NCBI GenBank assembly: GCA_040770845.1
Contig: JAXGIH010000001.1
Location: 1 to 53,327 of the forward strand
Direction of reading: 5' to 3'
DNA: 53,327 bases
Source of the DNA: Candidatus Cloacimonas sp.
Lineage (GTDB): Bacteria; Cloacimonadota; Cloacimonadia; Cloacimonadales; Cloacimonadaceae
This document shows, piece by piece, positions 14,531 through 24,716 of this stretch. The notes beneath the pieces are model-generated. The model saw only the letters and a program-made list of their open reading frames with translations, was not told the DNA's origin and searched no databases. The stretch's first letter is position 1. Every line of letters begins with the position of its first letter. Position numbers and translations under genes: made by a program.

Positions 14531-15187
14531 TCACCTCAATGTCTTATCATCACAAACAAAAGGAACAAACGAACAGCCACCTGCTTCTGCAATGTCCAGT
14601 CCATTTTCTGTTTTAGTAACAATATACAGAATTTGAAAACCGGTTTTACCAATAGGAATTGCCATTTTACCTCCCGTTTTTAATTGTTCCACTAAATGTT
14701 TGGGAACTTCCCGCGCTGCTGCAGAAACCAATATTTTATCAAATTCCTTATGCGGAGGATATGCTTTTTGCCAACCGCTGTAACCATCCCCAATCCGAAA
14801 ATAAATATTGTTATAACCGGCATTGCGTAAAATCTTCTGCGCATTTAGGGAAAGGGTCTCCAACCGTTCTACAGTACATACCTCTTTAACAATTTCTGCA
14901 AGTAGGGCACTTTGATAACCACTGCCAGTGCCAATTTCCAAAACAATGTCCGTGGGTTGCAAATCAAGCAACTGCAACATAATTGCTATCATTAAAGGTT
15001 GAGATATGGTTTGACCTTCTTTTATGGGTAAGGGACGGTTTTGATATGCGTAATCACGATATTCAGGTAAAACATAATGCTCTCGCGGCACTTTGGCAAA
15101 AGCATTTAAAACAACCGGAGAAGTTATTCCTTCCAACTTTAATTCGTTTACCAATCTTATCCGTTGATCCTCAAAACGCATCCTCAT
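14531..15187 (-). CDS. pcm: Protein-L-isoaspartate O-methyltransferase
   Basis: Intact ORF with GQTISQP and VLEIGTGSGYQSALLA; follows surE. Confidence 0.97.
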   Translation of the reverse strand: MRMRFEDQRIRLVNELKLEGITSPVVLNAFAKVPREHYVLPEYRDYAYQNRPLPIKEGQTISQPLMIAIMLQLLDLQPTDIVLEIGTGSGYQSALLAEIVKEVCTVERLETLSLNAQKILRNAGYNNIYFRIGDGYSGWQKAYPPHKEFDKILVSAAAREVPKHLVEQLKTGGKMAIPIGKTGFQILYIVTKTENGLDIAEAGGCSFVPFVCDDKTLR

Positions 15188-15954
15188 CTCTCCAATTGCA
15201 GTAATTCATTTTCTTCCAGCCAGTTAAGAATCCTGGGAAAGGTCTCGCTTCTTGTAAGTTCAAAGCCCAAAGGAGTTAAAGATATATAACCGTTATTAAC
15301 CGCTTCTGCATCGGTTCCTGTTTCATTATCCCAAACAGGAATATCACCTCCTACTTCGTAAACAAAACCATCTTCGTTTTCTTTAATAATCTTAACAAAA
15401 TTATAATACTTACGATGACCTGTACGGGTTAAACGAATACCTTTAATCTCTTCCAGAGGAAGATTGGGAATATTAATATTCAAAACACCAAACGCTTCGG
15501 CTTGTTTATCAATGCCTAAATCCAGCAATTTACGCATCCAGTAAGCTGCTACCTCAAATCTTTGATTTTTATAGGAATTTATGGAAACAGCTATTGCCCG
15601 ATTTCCTAAAAGAGCTGCTTCCATTGCTGCTCCAACTGTTCCGGAATATAAAACATCTTCTCCCATATTCTGTCCCGCATTAATTCCCGAAATAATTAAA
15701 TCCACCGGCTCGGTAAGGATTTTTTGTAACGCAATAACAGAACAATCAACAGGTGTTCCGCTGACAGCATATTCATTTTCAGCGATTTTTTTTACTATTA
15801 GCTCCTTACGGATACTCAAAGAATGCGATGCTGCACTTCTTTCACTATCCGGAGCTACAATCGTAATTTTATGCCCGGCAGTTTTCAGCTCTTCCGCTAA
15901 AGCTCTTATTCCGGGAGCTAAAATACCGTCATCATTAACCAATAATATCTTCAA
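15184..15954 (-). CDS. surE: 5'/3'-nucleotidase SurE
   Basis: ILLVNDDGILAPGI, VSGTPVDC, SGINAGQNMGEDVLYSGTVGAA. Confidence 0.97.
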   Translation of the reverse strand: MKILLVNDDGILAPGIRALAEELKTAGHKITIVAPDSERSAASHSLSIRKELIVKKIAENEYAVSGTPVDCSVIALQKILTEPVDLIISGINAGQNMGEDVLYSGTVGAAMEAALLGNRAIAVSINSYKNQRFEVAAYWMRKLLDLGIDKQAEAFGVLNINIPNLPLEEIKGIRLTRTGHRKYYNFVKIIKENEDGFVYEVGGDIPVWDNETGTDAEAVNNGYISLTPLGFELTRSETFPRILNWLEENELLQLER

Positions 15955-15968
15955 AGTTTTTTCTACTC

Positions 15969-16322
15969 CTAAAAAATAAGCTGAGGATTACGAAATATAT
16001 AAACCACTGCTACAATTACAATAGTTACAATAATAATAAACAGCCAGTTTCGCTGAACAAACTTTACTAAAACCGGTCTATGTCTTCGTCGGCGAGGAAA
16101 TTGAACTTTCTTATGAGAAAAAAGACGTGCTACAAAAGGCCTTTTTAACTTAGCATTGATCCTTAACGAATGCTGATCAGGCCTTAACCATTTAACTTTT
16201 CCGTCTTCATTCAGATAGGGCTTGAACCCCAAAGAAGTATAATACCTTTTTTGGGCTTCAGTATATCCCTCAACTTCATCTATTTCAAGTTCTTGCAGTA
16301 TTGCAGCGTGTTTTCTTGCCAT
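15969..16322 (-). CDS. Hypothetical basic protein with a C-terminal transmembrane helix
   Basis: 117 aa ORF with GAGGA RBS, first gene of the surE-pcm run; C-terminus WLFIIIVTIVIVAVVYIF. Confidence 0.75.
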   Translation of the reverse strand: MARKHAAILQELEIDEVEGYTEAQKRYYTSLGFKPYLNEDGKVKWLRPDQHSLRINAKLKRPFVARLFSHKKVQFPRRRRHRPVLVKFVQRNWLFIIIVTIVIVAVVYIFRNPQLIF

Positions 16323-16526
16323 AAATTATTCCTCTTTTTACATTATCAATTTAGACAACTATTTCTGTCAAGCCAAAAAATCTGATTATGCCTGAATAAA
16401 AAAGTGATAATAAGGGAAAAACAAGCTCTGAATTCAGTAGACATAACTTTTTAATTGACAGAAATAGGGCTGTTTTTTCAATGATTTTTTATTAGATTGA
16501 TTAATTCGTTTAGAAAGGATAAAATA

Positions 16527-16865
16527 ATGGTTTTATACACGATTGCCTTAATTATCCATGTGATAATCTGTGTTGCTCTGGTTCTTGTAATATTAGCTCA
16601 GACCTCTAAAGGAGGTTTGGATTCTAATTTAGGCGGGGCAGCAATGAATGTTTTCGGGGGAAGCGGTGCTTCCAAGTTTTTGAAAAAATGGACACAAATT
16701 CTGGCAGTAGTTTTTGCTGCATCTTGTTTATTACTTGCCTTTTTGGTAAAAAATATTGAATCAAGTGCTCTTACCGACATTCAATCCCGGCAAAAAAAGA
16801 TTAAAGATACCGAACAAAAATCTGCACCTGCTAATCCTATACAAAAACCTGCAACAACAAAATAA
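16527..16865 (+). CDS. secG: Preprotein translocase subunit SecG
   Basis: Two TM helices around the loop ILAQTSKGGLDSNLGG; followed by tRNA-Leu as in many bacteria. Confidence 0.93.
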   Translation: MVLYTIALIIHVIICVALVLVILAQTSKGGLDSNLGGAAMNVFGGSGASKFLKKWTQILAVVFAASCLLLAFLVKNIESSALTDIQSRQKKIKDTEQKSAPANPIQKPATTK

Positions 16866-16875
16866 GATATAAAAA

Positions 16876-16963
16876 GCAGAAGTGGTGGAATTGGCAGACA
16901 CGCAAGACTAAGGATCTTGTGCCTGTTAAAGGTGTGCGGGTTCAAATCCCGCCTTCTGCACCA
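16876..16963 (+). tRNA. tRNA-Leu, anticodon AAG as sequenced
   Basis: Acceptor stem GCAGAAG/CTTCTGC, discriminator A and encoded CCA, D-loop GG, anticodon arm CAAGA-CT AAG GA-TCTTG, long variable arm, GGTTCAAATCC T-arm. Confidence 0.95.
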
Positions 16964-16973
16964 TTTTTTATGG

Positions 16974-17002
16974 AAGCGGAGCTATTTTTAGCTCCGTTTT
17001 TT
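16974..17002 (+). terminator. Rho-independent terminator after tRNA-Leu
   Basis: Stem GCGGAGCTA/TAGCTCCGT followed by a T-run. Confidence 0.8.
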
Positions 17003-17128
17003 GTAACTAAAAATTTTTTTGCCTCAGTAATTTATTGATATATGAGTTTAATATCCTCCTGTTACATTGTTATTGACAATATAATCAGAGAGCAAAATGA
17101 GAATAAAAAGAAAAAAACAGGAGTTGGT

Positions 17129-17575
17129 TTGAAACGATTTAAACTAGTTCTGCTCTTAATTCTGTTATGCAGTTGTATTTTTGCACAACCGGTTAAGAAG
17201 AATCCAAACAAAGCAGTATTGTATTCTATTATTCCGGAGGAGGACAAATATACAATAAGGCATATATCAAAGCCGGTGCTATAGTGGAATTCAGGCTATT
17301 TAATTGCTACTGCAATTCATAATGAATGCTAAAGTTCAGGATTATGAAAGCAAAATCAATTCCACCAGCGATGAAATATTACTTGCGGAATATAGAGATA
17401 AACAAAAAGCAATACAAAGAAAAGCGGACTCGTGATTTTTGGTGGATGGGATTAACTCTGGCATTTTCTACCTTGATGCTTATATTGATGCATCTTTCCA
17501 ATTTTAAGGAAGAAAAGGAAAAAATCCATATCCGCTTTTGAAGAAAGAAACTCTTCTTTTGGAATATAACTTTAG
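17129..17575 (+). CDS. Hypothetical membrane/secreted protein (DUF5683-like), frameshifted
   Basis: AGGAG RBS, signal peptide, then KKNPNKAVLYSIIP(GGGQIYN in shifted frame) and a later hydrophobic segment. Confidence 0.6.
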
Positions 17576-17590
17576 TAAGGGCATAAATCT

Positions 17591-18374
17591 GTGCGTAAAT
17601 CATTATTTCTTATTCTGTTGCTCCTTTTTGCCTGCACACAATCCTCAAAAACTATAAGTACAAAAGAATTTGAACATCATATTTGGGGACTTACTAACCA
17701 AAAACGTTCAGCTTATAATTTACCTCTTCTTTTATGATGAGGTTTGGCTGATTTTAGCCCGTTTGCATAGTTCAAATATGTTCAATTTTTGATTTCTTTG
17801 CGCATAAAGACCATCTTGGGTATCTTGTAGATGACCGAAAAAAGAAATACTATCCTCAATTAGTTGTTTCTTCTATTGGAGAGAATTTAGCTAAATTCGT
17901 GAACAGTGCAAAAGTTTTTACTCCTGAAGAAGTAGTTAGCAGTTGGATGAATTCTCACTGAGCACAAAGAAAATATTTTGAACCCTACTTACACTCATTT
18001 ACAGGAGTAGGTGTTTTTACTAAAGATGAAGTGCTTTTGGTTACTCAGAATTTTGCTACTCGGTAGTGAAGTTACTGTCAGAAATTCCTGACGCTTGAAC
18101 CTCAATATCAATATCAATTACTGTTTGAATATATGTCTACAAAGCCCGCTAAAGAACTGAAAGCTGTGCTGAATTTTCCTGATATGATTTAAATACAATA
18201 TAGATGACAGGTCTTATACCGTTGAAGAAACATGAAACCTGTTCCTTTGCAGTGGATTGGAGAAAAACAGTTGGAAGTGATTATTGATTTTCCAGCAGGT
18301 AGAGTAGTATGTTCTTTGTTTCGGTTTCAACAATTTTTATTTAGGAGGAAGGAATAAAGCTGAAAGTTAAATAG
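17591..18374 (+). CDS. CAP/SCP-domain secreted protein, frameshifted
   Basis: Across frames: LTNQKRSAYNLP, LARLHSSNM, FFAHKD, IGENLA, SWMNS.EHKENIL...TGVGV. Confidence 0.7.
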
Positions 18375-18554
18375 AGTTAACCACTTAACAGTTGAAGTGA
18401 AAGCGAAAGTGTAAAAGTGCAAAATTGAAACAAAAGCAAGGTAAGAAATAACAAGTTGAAGTCCCCCTCAATTATAAGAACAAAAGAGCAAGTTAATCTT
18501 TTAGTTTATAATACAAATAACACGATAACTTGTGAACGAGCAGAAGAGTCGTTC

Positions 18555-19339
18555 TTACTGAGTAATAACTTCATATTTCAGTTCAACAAAAACGGGGCAG
18601 TGGTCTGAACCTTCAATATCTTGTCTGATTCCTGCTTTTTTAATATGTTCAATTCCTTCTTTATTCACCCAAAAATAAATACCTTCAACCCATTCCTGGG
18701 TCTGGCTTTTGTTCTATAAACTCCACCGGGTATATTGTTCAGGGCTTTTATCAAAGTAGCGGAAAGTATCAAATCAACCCATTTCTTCAATTTTATCCAG
18801 CCAGGCACGTTCAACAGGTAAAAAACCGCTGGTCTTTTCATTTTCTTTTGGATTTGCAAGGTCTATAGGATGATGAGCAGTATTGAAATCACCCCCGGCT
18901 AAGATTATTTTGCCTAAAGACCTTTTTCTTCCATAATTTCCAGACAGCGGTCATAAAAACGAAGTTTATAACTCAAACGCTCATCGTCTTTCTGTCCATT
19001 AGGAAATAGATATTCAAATAGATAAATTTAAAGTATTCAGCAATACTAATTCTACCTTCGCAATCAAATTCCGGATTACCGAAACCTGTGGAAAAGTTTA
19101 AAAAGGCAACAGTTTTGTAAATAAACCGGTTCAGAATACCCTTTACGCGAACTATGCGACCAATAAATAAGGTATTCATTTAAAGTGTTAAGTTCCTTAG
19201 AATTTGATGTTCCTGTAGTTTGGTTTCCTGAATTCCTAAAATATCAGACTCAATTTCTTCCGAATAATTTCTATAAAACCCCTTATTTTAACACAGCGCG
19301 CAATCCATTAACATTCAAAGACCAGAGTAATAATTTCAA
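18555..19339 (-). CDS. xth: Exodeoxyribonuclease III (ExoA/Xth AP endonuclease), frameshifted
   Basis: [58 protein letters not shown] and GSDHCPV across frames. Confidence 0.9.
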
Positions 19340-19496
19340 AAAAAACTCCTTTTTTCTAACCTCAACCGGTTATTATGTTTAAGTAATTCCTTTTTTAAAA
19401 AAGGCATTCATCTAATATAATAATTTAGTTATTGCTTGCAGGCAAGTTATTATCCTGCTTGACACAGAGATGGCATTTATTTTTTTAGATTACTAA

Positions 19497-21920
19497 ATGA
19501 AAAATAAGAAAATCTGTCTGTTACTGATACCTTTACTGTTGCTAACAGGTCTTTCGCTTTTTGCTCAAAACGAAGCAAGAAATTATGCTTTGTCTGATTC
19601 CCTATTTACCGAAATTCCTGATAGCTTGAAAATTAATGTAATAGAGACGGATTCGCTTTTCTATAAGGCAGATAGCATTCATTTTGAATATGATACGGAA
19701 ATTATTAAGCTTTTTGGCAAGCCCCGCATTAATTATCAGGATACAGAAATTATTGCCGATTCCATCACCGTAGACATCAAAAAAGAACGCGCTTTCAGCT
19801 ATGGTCCTACCAAAATGAGAGATGGAGAACAATTACTTTTAGGTTCCGATGTTCGTTATGATGTTAAAACTCAAACCGGTATTTTGAATAATGGATACAG
19901 TTTAATTGAAGAGGGTTATTACACTGGAAGCGAACTCCGTAAAGTTGATAAGGATATTTATGATATAGATGGTGGCACTTTTACCAACTGTGATTTGGAA
20001 GAGCCATCTTTTTGGTTTTGGTCAAAACAATTAAGAGTTTACAGGGGAGATAAAATTGTCGGAAAACCTGTAATTGGTTATGTAAATCACTTTCCGGCAT
20101 TCTTTTTTCCTTTTATTATAATTCCTATCAGGCAGGGAAGGCATCCCGGTTTTCTTATTCCTTCTCCTGATTATAATAATGTAGATGGTTTTGTGATCCG
20201 GAATTTAGCTTTATATTATCCTTATCGTGATTATGCCGATTTTGTTCTGGGCTTTGATATTATGGAAAAAACCGGTTGGAAAGGCCATTTTGATACCGAA
20301 TACCTGAAACGATATGCTTTTTCCGGAAATTTTAATGCTGCTTTTCAACACAGAATAGATGAATACAGCACTTTTGACGATTGGTCATTACAGGGAAATC
20401 ATCATCAAGACCTTCCAGAAAAGTCATCTTTGAATGCAACTATCAATTTTGTAAGTAATAAACGCATTTGGGAAAGCAGCATTGATGTAGACCAAAGTTT
20501 AGCTCAAAGATTAACTTCCAGTGTTTCCTATTCCAAACCGATTGGTTCTTCATATTTAAATGCCGGCAGCTATTTTACGCAGGATTTGATTAATGATACC
20601 GCTTCTTTATCTTTACCGAGTGCGTCTTTTTTCTTGTCCAGTAGACCCGTTTCTGAACTTTTTAATGTATCTTCCAATTCCTGGCTAAGCAATTTTAATT
20701 ATCGCTATAATGTTTATTTAGAGCATACAGGGAATTTAAGAGAAAAGAATTATTCCTTAGGTGATTTTTTCTGGGATAACACAATTGATCCTGCTGATAC
20801 AATAGGAATTAGGATGCTGAATGAACATCATTTGGGAATAAAACAAAATGCCGGAATTTCTCATAATTCCAATTTATTCGGATGGTTAACTTTAGGGAAG
20901 AATTTTGACTATACGGAAGCGTGGATGGATAGAGATAGAAATGATGATAAATTTGCCAGAGGTTATTCCTGGACTGCATCTGCAAATGCCAGATTTAATT
21001 TGTACGGTTTGCGGAATTTTAAAAATTTCCCTATTAACTCTATTCGGCATATAATTACACCTAATATCGGCTATTCCTATCGCCCGGACACCAGGAAGAA
21101 TTCCGATTTATACAGTTTTGGCAGTATCGGGGTAAGCAATTCCCAAGAGGCATCCAATCTAACTTTTAATTTAGATAATACTTGGCAGATGAAATACGGC
21201 AAAAAAGGAAATGAAACAAAACTTAATGACCTTTTATTTTGGCGATTGGGAACAAATGCTAATCTGAAAAAAAAGGATAAACCCTTTTCTAACATAGCAC
21301 ATACACTATATTTCAAACCAGGAAGTTTTAACCTGGGAACTCTATCTTTAAATGAAGGAAAATATAAGCTTGGCAGTTTAAAACTTAGCTATTCCTCACA
21401 GTTTAGCGCATCTCAAGATCCCTATAAAATTCAGTGGGACAAAATGAACTTAAGGAATCAATATTTTTCTCAGGGAATAGTTCTTAGCGGTTCTGCACCT
21501 TACAACCGATATTTTTCTGCTCCTAAAAACAAGAGTTTTGAGGATTTTGAAAATTCCGATTCTCAAAAATCAGTTTTGGATTATATGCAAGAAACTGCAG
21601 GAACCAATGACTGGAGTTTTTCCATCAGTCAAAATATCTATGCCGATAAAGATATTTTTCATCCCGCAACCAGTAGTTTGAGATCAAGCTTAACCTGTAA
21701 AATCACGCAAAACTGGAGATTATCTTACACCAATTATTATAACCTGAAAACAAATGATATGCTTTCTCAAACACTTTCTTTTTCCCGAGACCTGCATTGC
21801 TGGAAAATGGATGTAAATATCACTTTGAGAAATGATTACTGGGATTACCGAATTTCCCTGTTTAATACTTTGTTACCGGATGCTTTAAGGTTTCAAACCC
21901 ATGACAGCAAAAGATATTAA
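19497..21920 (+). CDS. lptD: LPS-assembly protein LptD (OstA family)
   Basis: 807 aa with signal peptide, ADSI/beta-jellyroll N-terminus, FTNCDLEEP and C-terminal RDLHCW. Confidence 0.85.
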   Translation: MKNKKICLLLIPLLLLTGLSLFAQNEARNYALSDSLFTEIPDSLKINVIETDSLFYKADSIHFEYDTEIIKLFGKPRINYQDTEIIADSITVDIKKERAFSYGPTKMRDGEQLLLGSDVRYDVKTQTGILNNGYSLIEEGYYTGSELRKVDKDIYDIDGGTFTNCDLEEPSFWFWSKQLRVYRGDKIVGKPVIGYVNHFPAFFFPFIIIPIRQGRHPGFLIPSPDYNNVDGFVIRNLALYYPYRDYADFVLGFDIMEKTGWKGHFDTEYLKRYAFSGNFNAAFQHRIDEYSTFDDWSLQGNHHQDLPEKSSLNATINFVSNKRIWESSIDVDQSLAQRLTSSVSYSKPIGSSYLNAGSYFTQDLINDTASLSLPSASFFLSSRPVSELFNVSSNSWLSNFNYRYNVYLEHTGNLREKNYSLGDFFWDNTIDPADTIGIRMLNEHHLGIKQNAGISHNSNLFGWLTLGKNFDYTEAWMDRDRNDDKFARGYSWTASANARFNLYGLRNFKNFPINSIRHIITPNIGYSYRPDTRKNSDLYSFGSIGVSNSQEASNLTFNLDNTWQMKYGKKGNETKLNDLLFWRLGTNANLKKKDKPFSNIAHTLYFKPGSFNLGTLSLNEGKYKLGSLKLSYSSQFSASQDPYKIQWDKMNLRNQYFSQGIVLSGSAPYNRYFSAPKNKSFEDFENSDSQKSVLDYMQETAGTNDWSFSISQNIYADKDIFHPATSSLRSSLTCKITQNWRLSYTNYYNLKTNDMLSQTLSFSRDLHCWKMDVNITLRNDYWDYRISLFNTLLPDALRFQTHDSKRY

Positions 21921-22488
21921 ACGCGCTATTTTTTTAGACCGAGATGGCGTTATAAGTCCTGATGATTTTGGCTATTTAAGCAATCCGGAAGAATATCATC
22001 TTTATCCTTACACAATTGAAGCGTTAAAGATATTTAAAGAACTAAATTTTGCTTTTTGTAGTTACCAATCAGTCCGGAATTGCCTAGGGGTTATTTTACT
22101 ATTGACGACTTGGAAAAAGTGCTGGCAAAAATGCGTTCTTTGCTTTCCGGAAGGAATAGAACTTGATGGCGTTTATTATTCCCCTTATTATAAAGACGGA
22201 ATCGTTCCACCATATAATATTGATCACATAGATCGCAAACCAGGCATTGGAATGTTCAAAAAGGCATATTCCGAGTTTCATTTTCAAATAGAGGGTTCCT
22301 GGATGATTGGAGACCGCATTAGTGATATTGGTTTTGGTAAAAATGCTCATCTTAAAAATATATTACTGCTTACGGGCAATGGAGAAAAGGACTTTATCAA
22401 GATTCTGGAGATGGATGATCTAAAACCGGATTTTGTCTGTGAGAATTTGTTGACCGCTGCTAAACTGATTAGGGATTATAAATTATGA
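21901..22488 (+). CDS. gmhB: D-glycero-D-manno-heptose 1,7-bisphosphate phosphatase (HAD IIIA), internal compensating frameshifts
   Basis: AIFLDRDGVI, VTNQSGI (shifted frame), DRKPGIGM, WMIGDRISD. Confidence 0.85.
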   Translation: MTAKDIKRAIFLDRDGVISPDDFGYLSNPEEYHLYPYTIEALKIFKELNFAFCSYQSVRNCLGVILLLTTWKKCWQKCVLCFPEGIELDGVYYSPYYKDGIVPPYNIDHIDRKPGIGMFKKAYSEFHFQIEGSWMIGDRISDIGFGKNAHLKNILLLTGNGEKDFIKILEMDDLKPDFVCENLLTAAKLIRDYKL

Positions 22489-23294
22489 AATTTTCTGCTC
22501 ATTACAGCGAAACCAGGTTCAAGGCATTAACTTATGGTGAACAGATAAGGGCATTGAATAAACTTATCTTATCATTAGAAAAGAATTTAACGGATGCGGA
22601 AAAACGCTCTCAGATAATTGAGCATATTTTGGAATTATATCTTTTGGTAGAAAAACCATTACCTCAAAAAATGCAGCTCTTTATAAAAGAATTAAATCCT
22701 CACTTAAGTCCTCATCAATTATTGAATAAACTCTATTTTTACTGTGATGGAGCTATCAGAAAAGATAGTCAGATGGCACTTCAAACGGAAAAAGGAAAAG
22801 TTATTCTTGATCCTGATATTCGCCAAAAAGCAAAACAGATAACCGTGATTTGTGATAATTTACGCTCGGTTTTTAATGTTGGTTCTCTTTTTCGGACTGC
22901 AGAATGCTTAGGGATAGGAAAAATTATTGTCTGCGGAATAACCCCGACTCCAGAACATAGTAATATGCCAAAAACAGCTATGGGAACGGAAAAACTCGTT
23001 GCCTGGCAATATTTTCCAAGCACTACTGAAGCAATTGCTTTTTGCCATCAAGAAGGTTTTTTTATTTATGCTCTGGAAACGATAGATAACGCAAAAAGTG
23101 TATTTCAGACCGTTTATCAATTTCCTCTTGCGATTGTTATCGGAAATGAAGCTCTTGGCATAGAGTCATCAATTTTAGAGCTTTGTGATGAATTTATCAC
23201 TTTGCCTCAATTGGGTTGGAAAAATTCTTTAAATGTTGGCGTAGCAACAGGAATTGTCCTTTATCAAATTCTGTTTGGAGGTTTTAATGGATAA
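22485..23294 (+). CDS. TrmH/SpoU family RNA methyltransferase with N-terminal extension
   Basis: DNLRSVFNVGSLFRTAE, IVIGNEALGI, KNSLNVGVATGI. Confidence 0.92.
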   Translation: MKFSAHYSETRFKALTYGEQIRALNKLILSLEKNLTDAEKRSQIIEHILELYLLVEKPLPQKMQLFIKELNPHLSPHQLLNKLYFYCDGAIRKDSQMALQTEKGKVILDPDIRQKAKQITVICDNLRSVFNVGSLFRTAECLGIGKIIVCGITPTPEHSNMPKTAMGTEKLVAWQYFPSTTEAIAFCHQEGFFIYALETIDNAKSVFQTVYQFPLAIVIGNEALGIESSILELCDEFITLPQLGWKNSLNVGVATGIVLYQILFGGFNG

Positions 23295-24064
23295 CCTTGC
23301 TTATTTTGAAAAACTGCTTATTTTACTGCAAGAACATAGCCCTGTCTGGCAGGCAAATATTATTGAAAGCGATGGTTCAACTCCGGCAAAAACGGGAATG
23401 AAATTAGCCATTCCGTTAAAGGAAGAACCATTTGGCAATTTGGGTGGAGGGGAATTGGAACATGCGGTTATAGAGAAAATTAGAAATGATAAACCCGGAA
23501 AAGCCACAATTCATATTTTCAATTTATCTGCAGATGGCTCTAAAGCCGGAATAGCAACCTCTATGCTGTGTGGAGGTTATGTAAAAGTATATGTTGAACC
23601 GTTATTTTCCCCCGATAAACTTTATATTATTGGAGCGGGACATTGTGGCAAAGCATTAGGAAAATTAGCTTGCCTTTGCGGTTTTTATGTTGTCCTGATA
23701 GACAACCGAAAAGAAATTATTGATAATTTACCTGAGGATTGTTGTCATCGTGCTATACATCACGATTATGACTAACCTGGCTGAAATAATTGATTTTAAT
23801 CCCGATAGCTGGATTGTAATTATGACTCAAGGTCACTTATATGATAAAGAAGTTCTGGAACAATGCCTGAAAAACCTTTTCGCTATCTGGGAATGATAGC
23901 AAAACAAAGGCATCGCTACTTTTACTAAATTGAAAGAAAAGGGATTTACTGCAGAAGAACTTTCTAACTGCCATTCACCTGTTGGTTTACCTATCGGATC
24001 AAATACCCCTTACGAAATAGCAGTGAGCATTATGGCAGAGCTTATCTCCTGCGTAATCTCCTGA
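23287..24064 (+). CDS. XdhC/CoxI family molybdo-hydroxylase accessory protein, frameshifted near 23770
   Basis: GSTPAKTGMK, GNLGGGELE, MLCGG, IIGAGHCG, then shifted MTQGHLYDKEVL and PVGLPIGSNTPYEIAVSIMAE. Confidence 0.85.
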
Positions 24065-24200
24065 CAAAGAGTAAAAGGGTTTAATTTACAAAAGTAAAAG
24101 GGTTTAATTTACAAAGAGAAAAAAGAGTTTAATTTACAAAGAGAAAAAGAGAGAAAAAAGAGTTTGGTTCACAAAGAAGAAAAAAAAGAAAAAAAGAACA
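24064..24200. repeat. Degenerate ~23-24 bp tandem repeat (ACAAAGAGTAAAAGGGTTTAATTT, about 4-5 units) decaying into an A/G-rich tract
   Basis: Visible directly after the XdhC stop. Confidence 0.7.
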
Positions 24201-24662
24201 TAGCTCGCTGAGGTAAAAACTTTCGATTCTTTGCTTTTCTCTGCTAGTTATATATGCTATAATATAAGGTTGTTCCTCTCGGTATTTTTCCGAGTATCTC
24301 TATGGTATCTGTACCATAGATAATTAAGCAAGAAATTGGCAAAATACACAATCAGGAAACAACTTACTATTTACGATAATGTTATAATTATTCTAAAATA
24401 TCAGTTTGGGTTATTCCCATTCAAAACAGAAAACCAGTATTATTGCCACTTTGATTTTCCCGAAGGTATATTTATCTCAAACAATGCAGTTGAGAAGAAA
24501 TAGGCAAATTCCAATTTGCCAAATATTACATAATTTTCAGAAGAACTTTCGGTATATCATTTGAAGAAGTAGAATTTGGCAATCCACTTACAAAATGGAC
24601 AGTTCTATTATATCTATTGCATTATATGAATTAATTTGATTCCTGCAATTTGTATAGGAGAT

Positions 24663-24696
24663 AAAACGAGGCGGAGAAAATAATCTCCGCCTTTTT
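24663..24696. terminator. Bidirectional terminator at the end of the hydrogenase operon
   Basis: AAAACG-AGGCGGAGA...TCTCCGCCT-TTTT. Confidence 0.75.
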
Positions 24697-24716
24697 GTAT
24701 GTGATGGTAGTGAGGA

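Noticed and set aside
23287-24064. Functional link between XdhC and the adjacent hydrogenase
   Set aside because: The operons are convergent and separated by a terminator and ~600 bp, and no molybdoenzyme subunit is in the window
24588-24716. C-terminal extension of HydA
   Set aside because: It runs through a clear terminator hairpin; one indel near 24740 would restore a stop at ~24717
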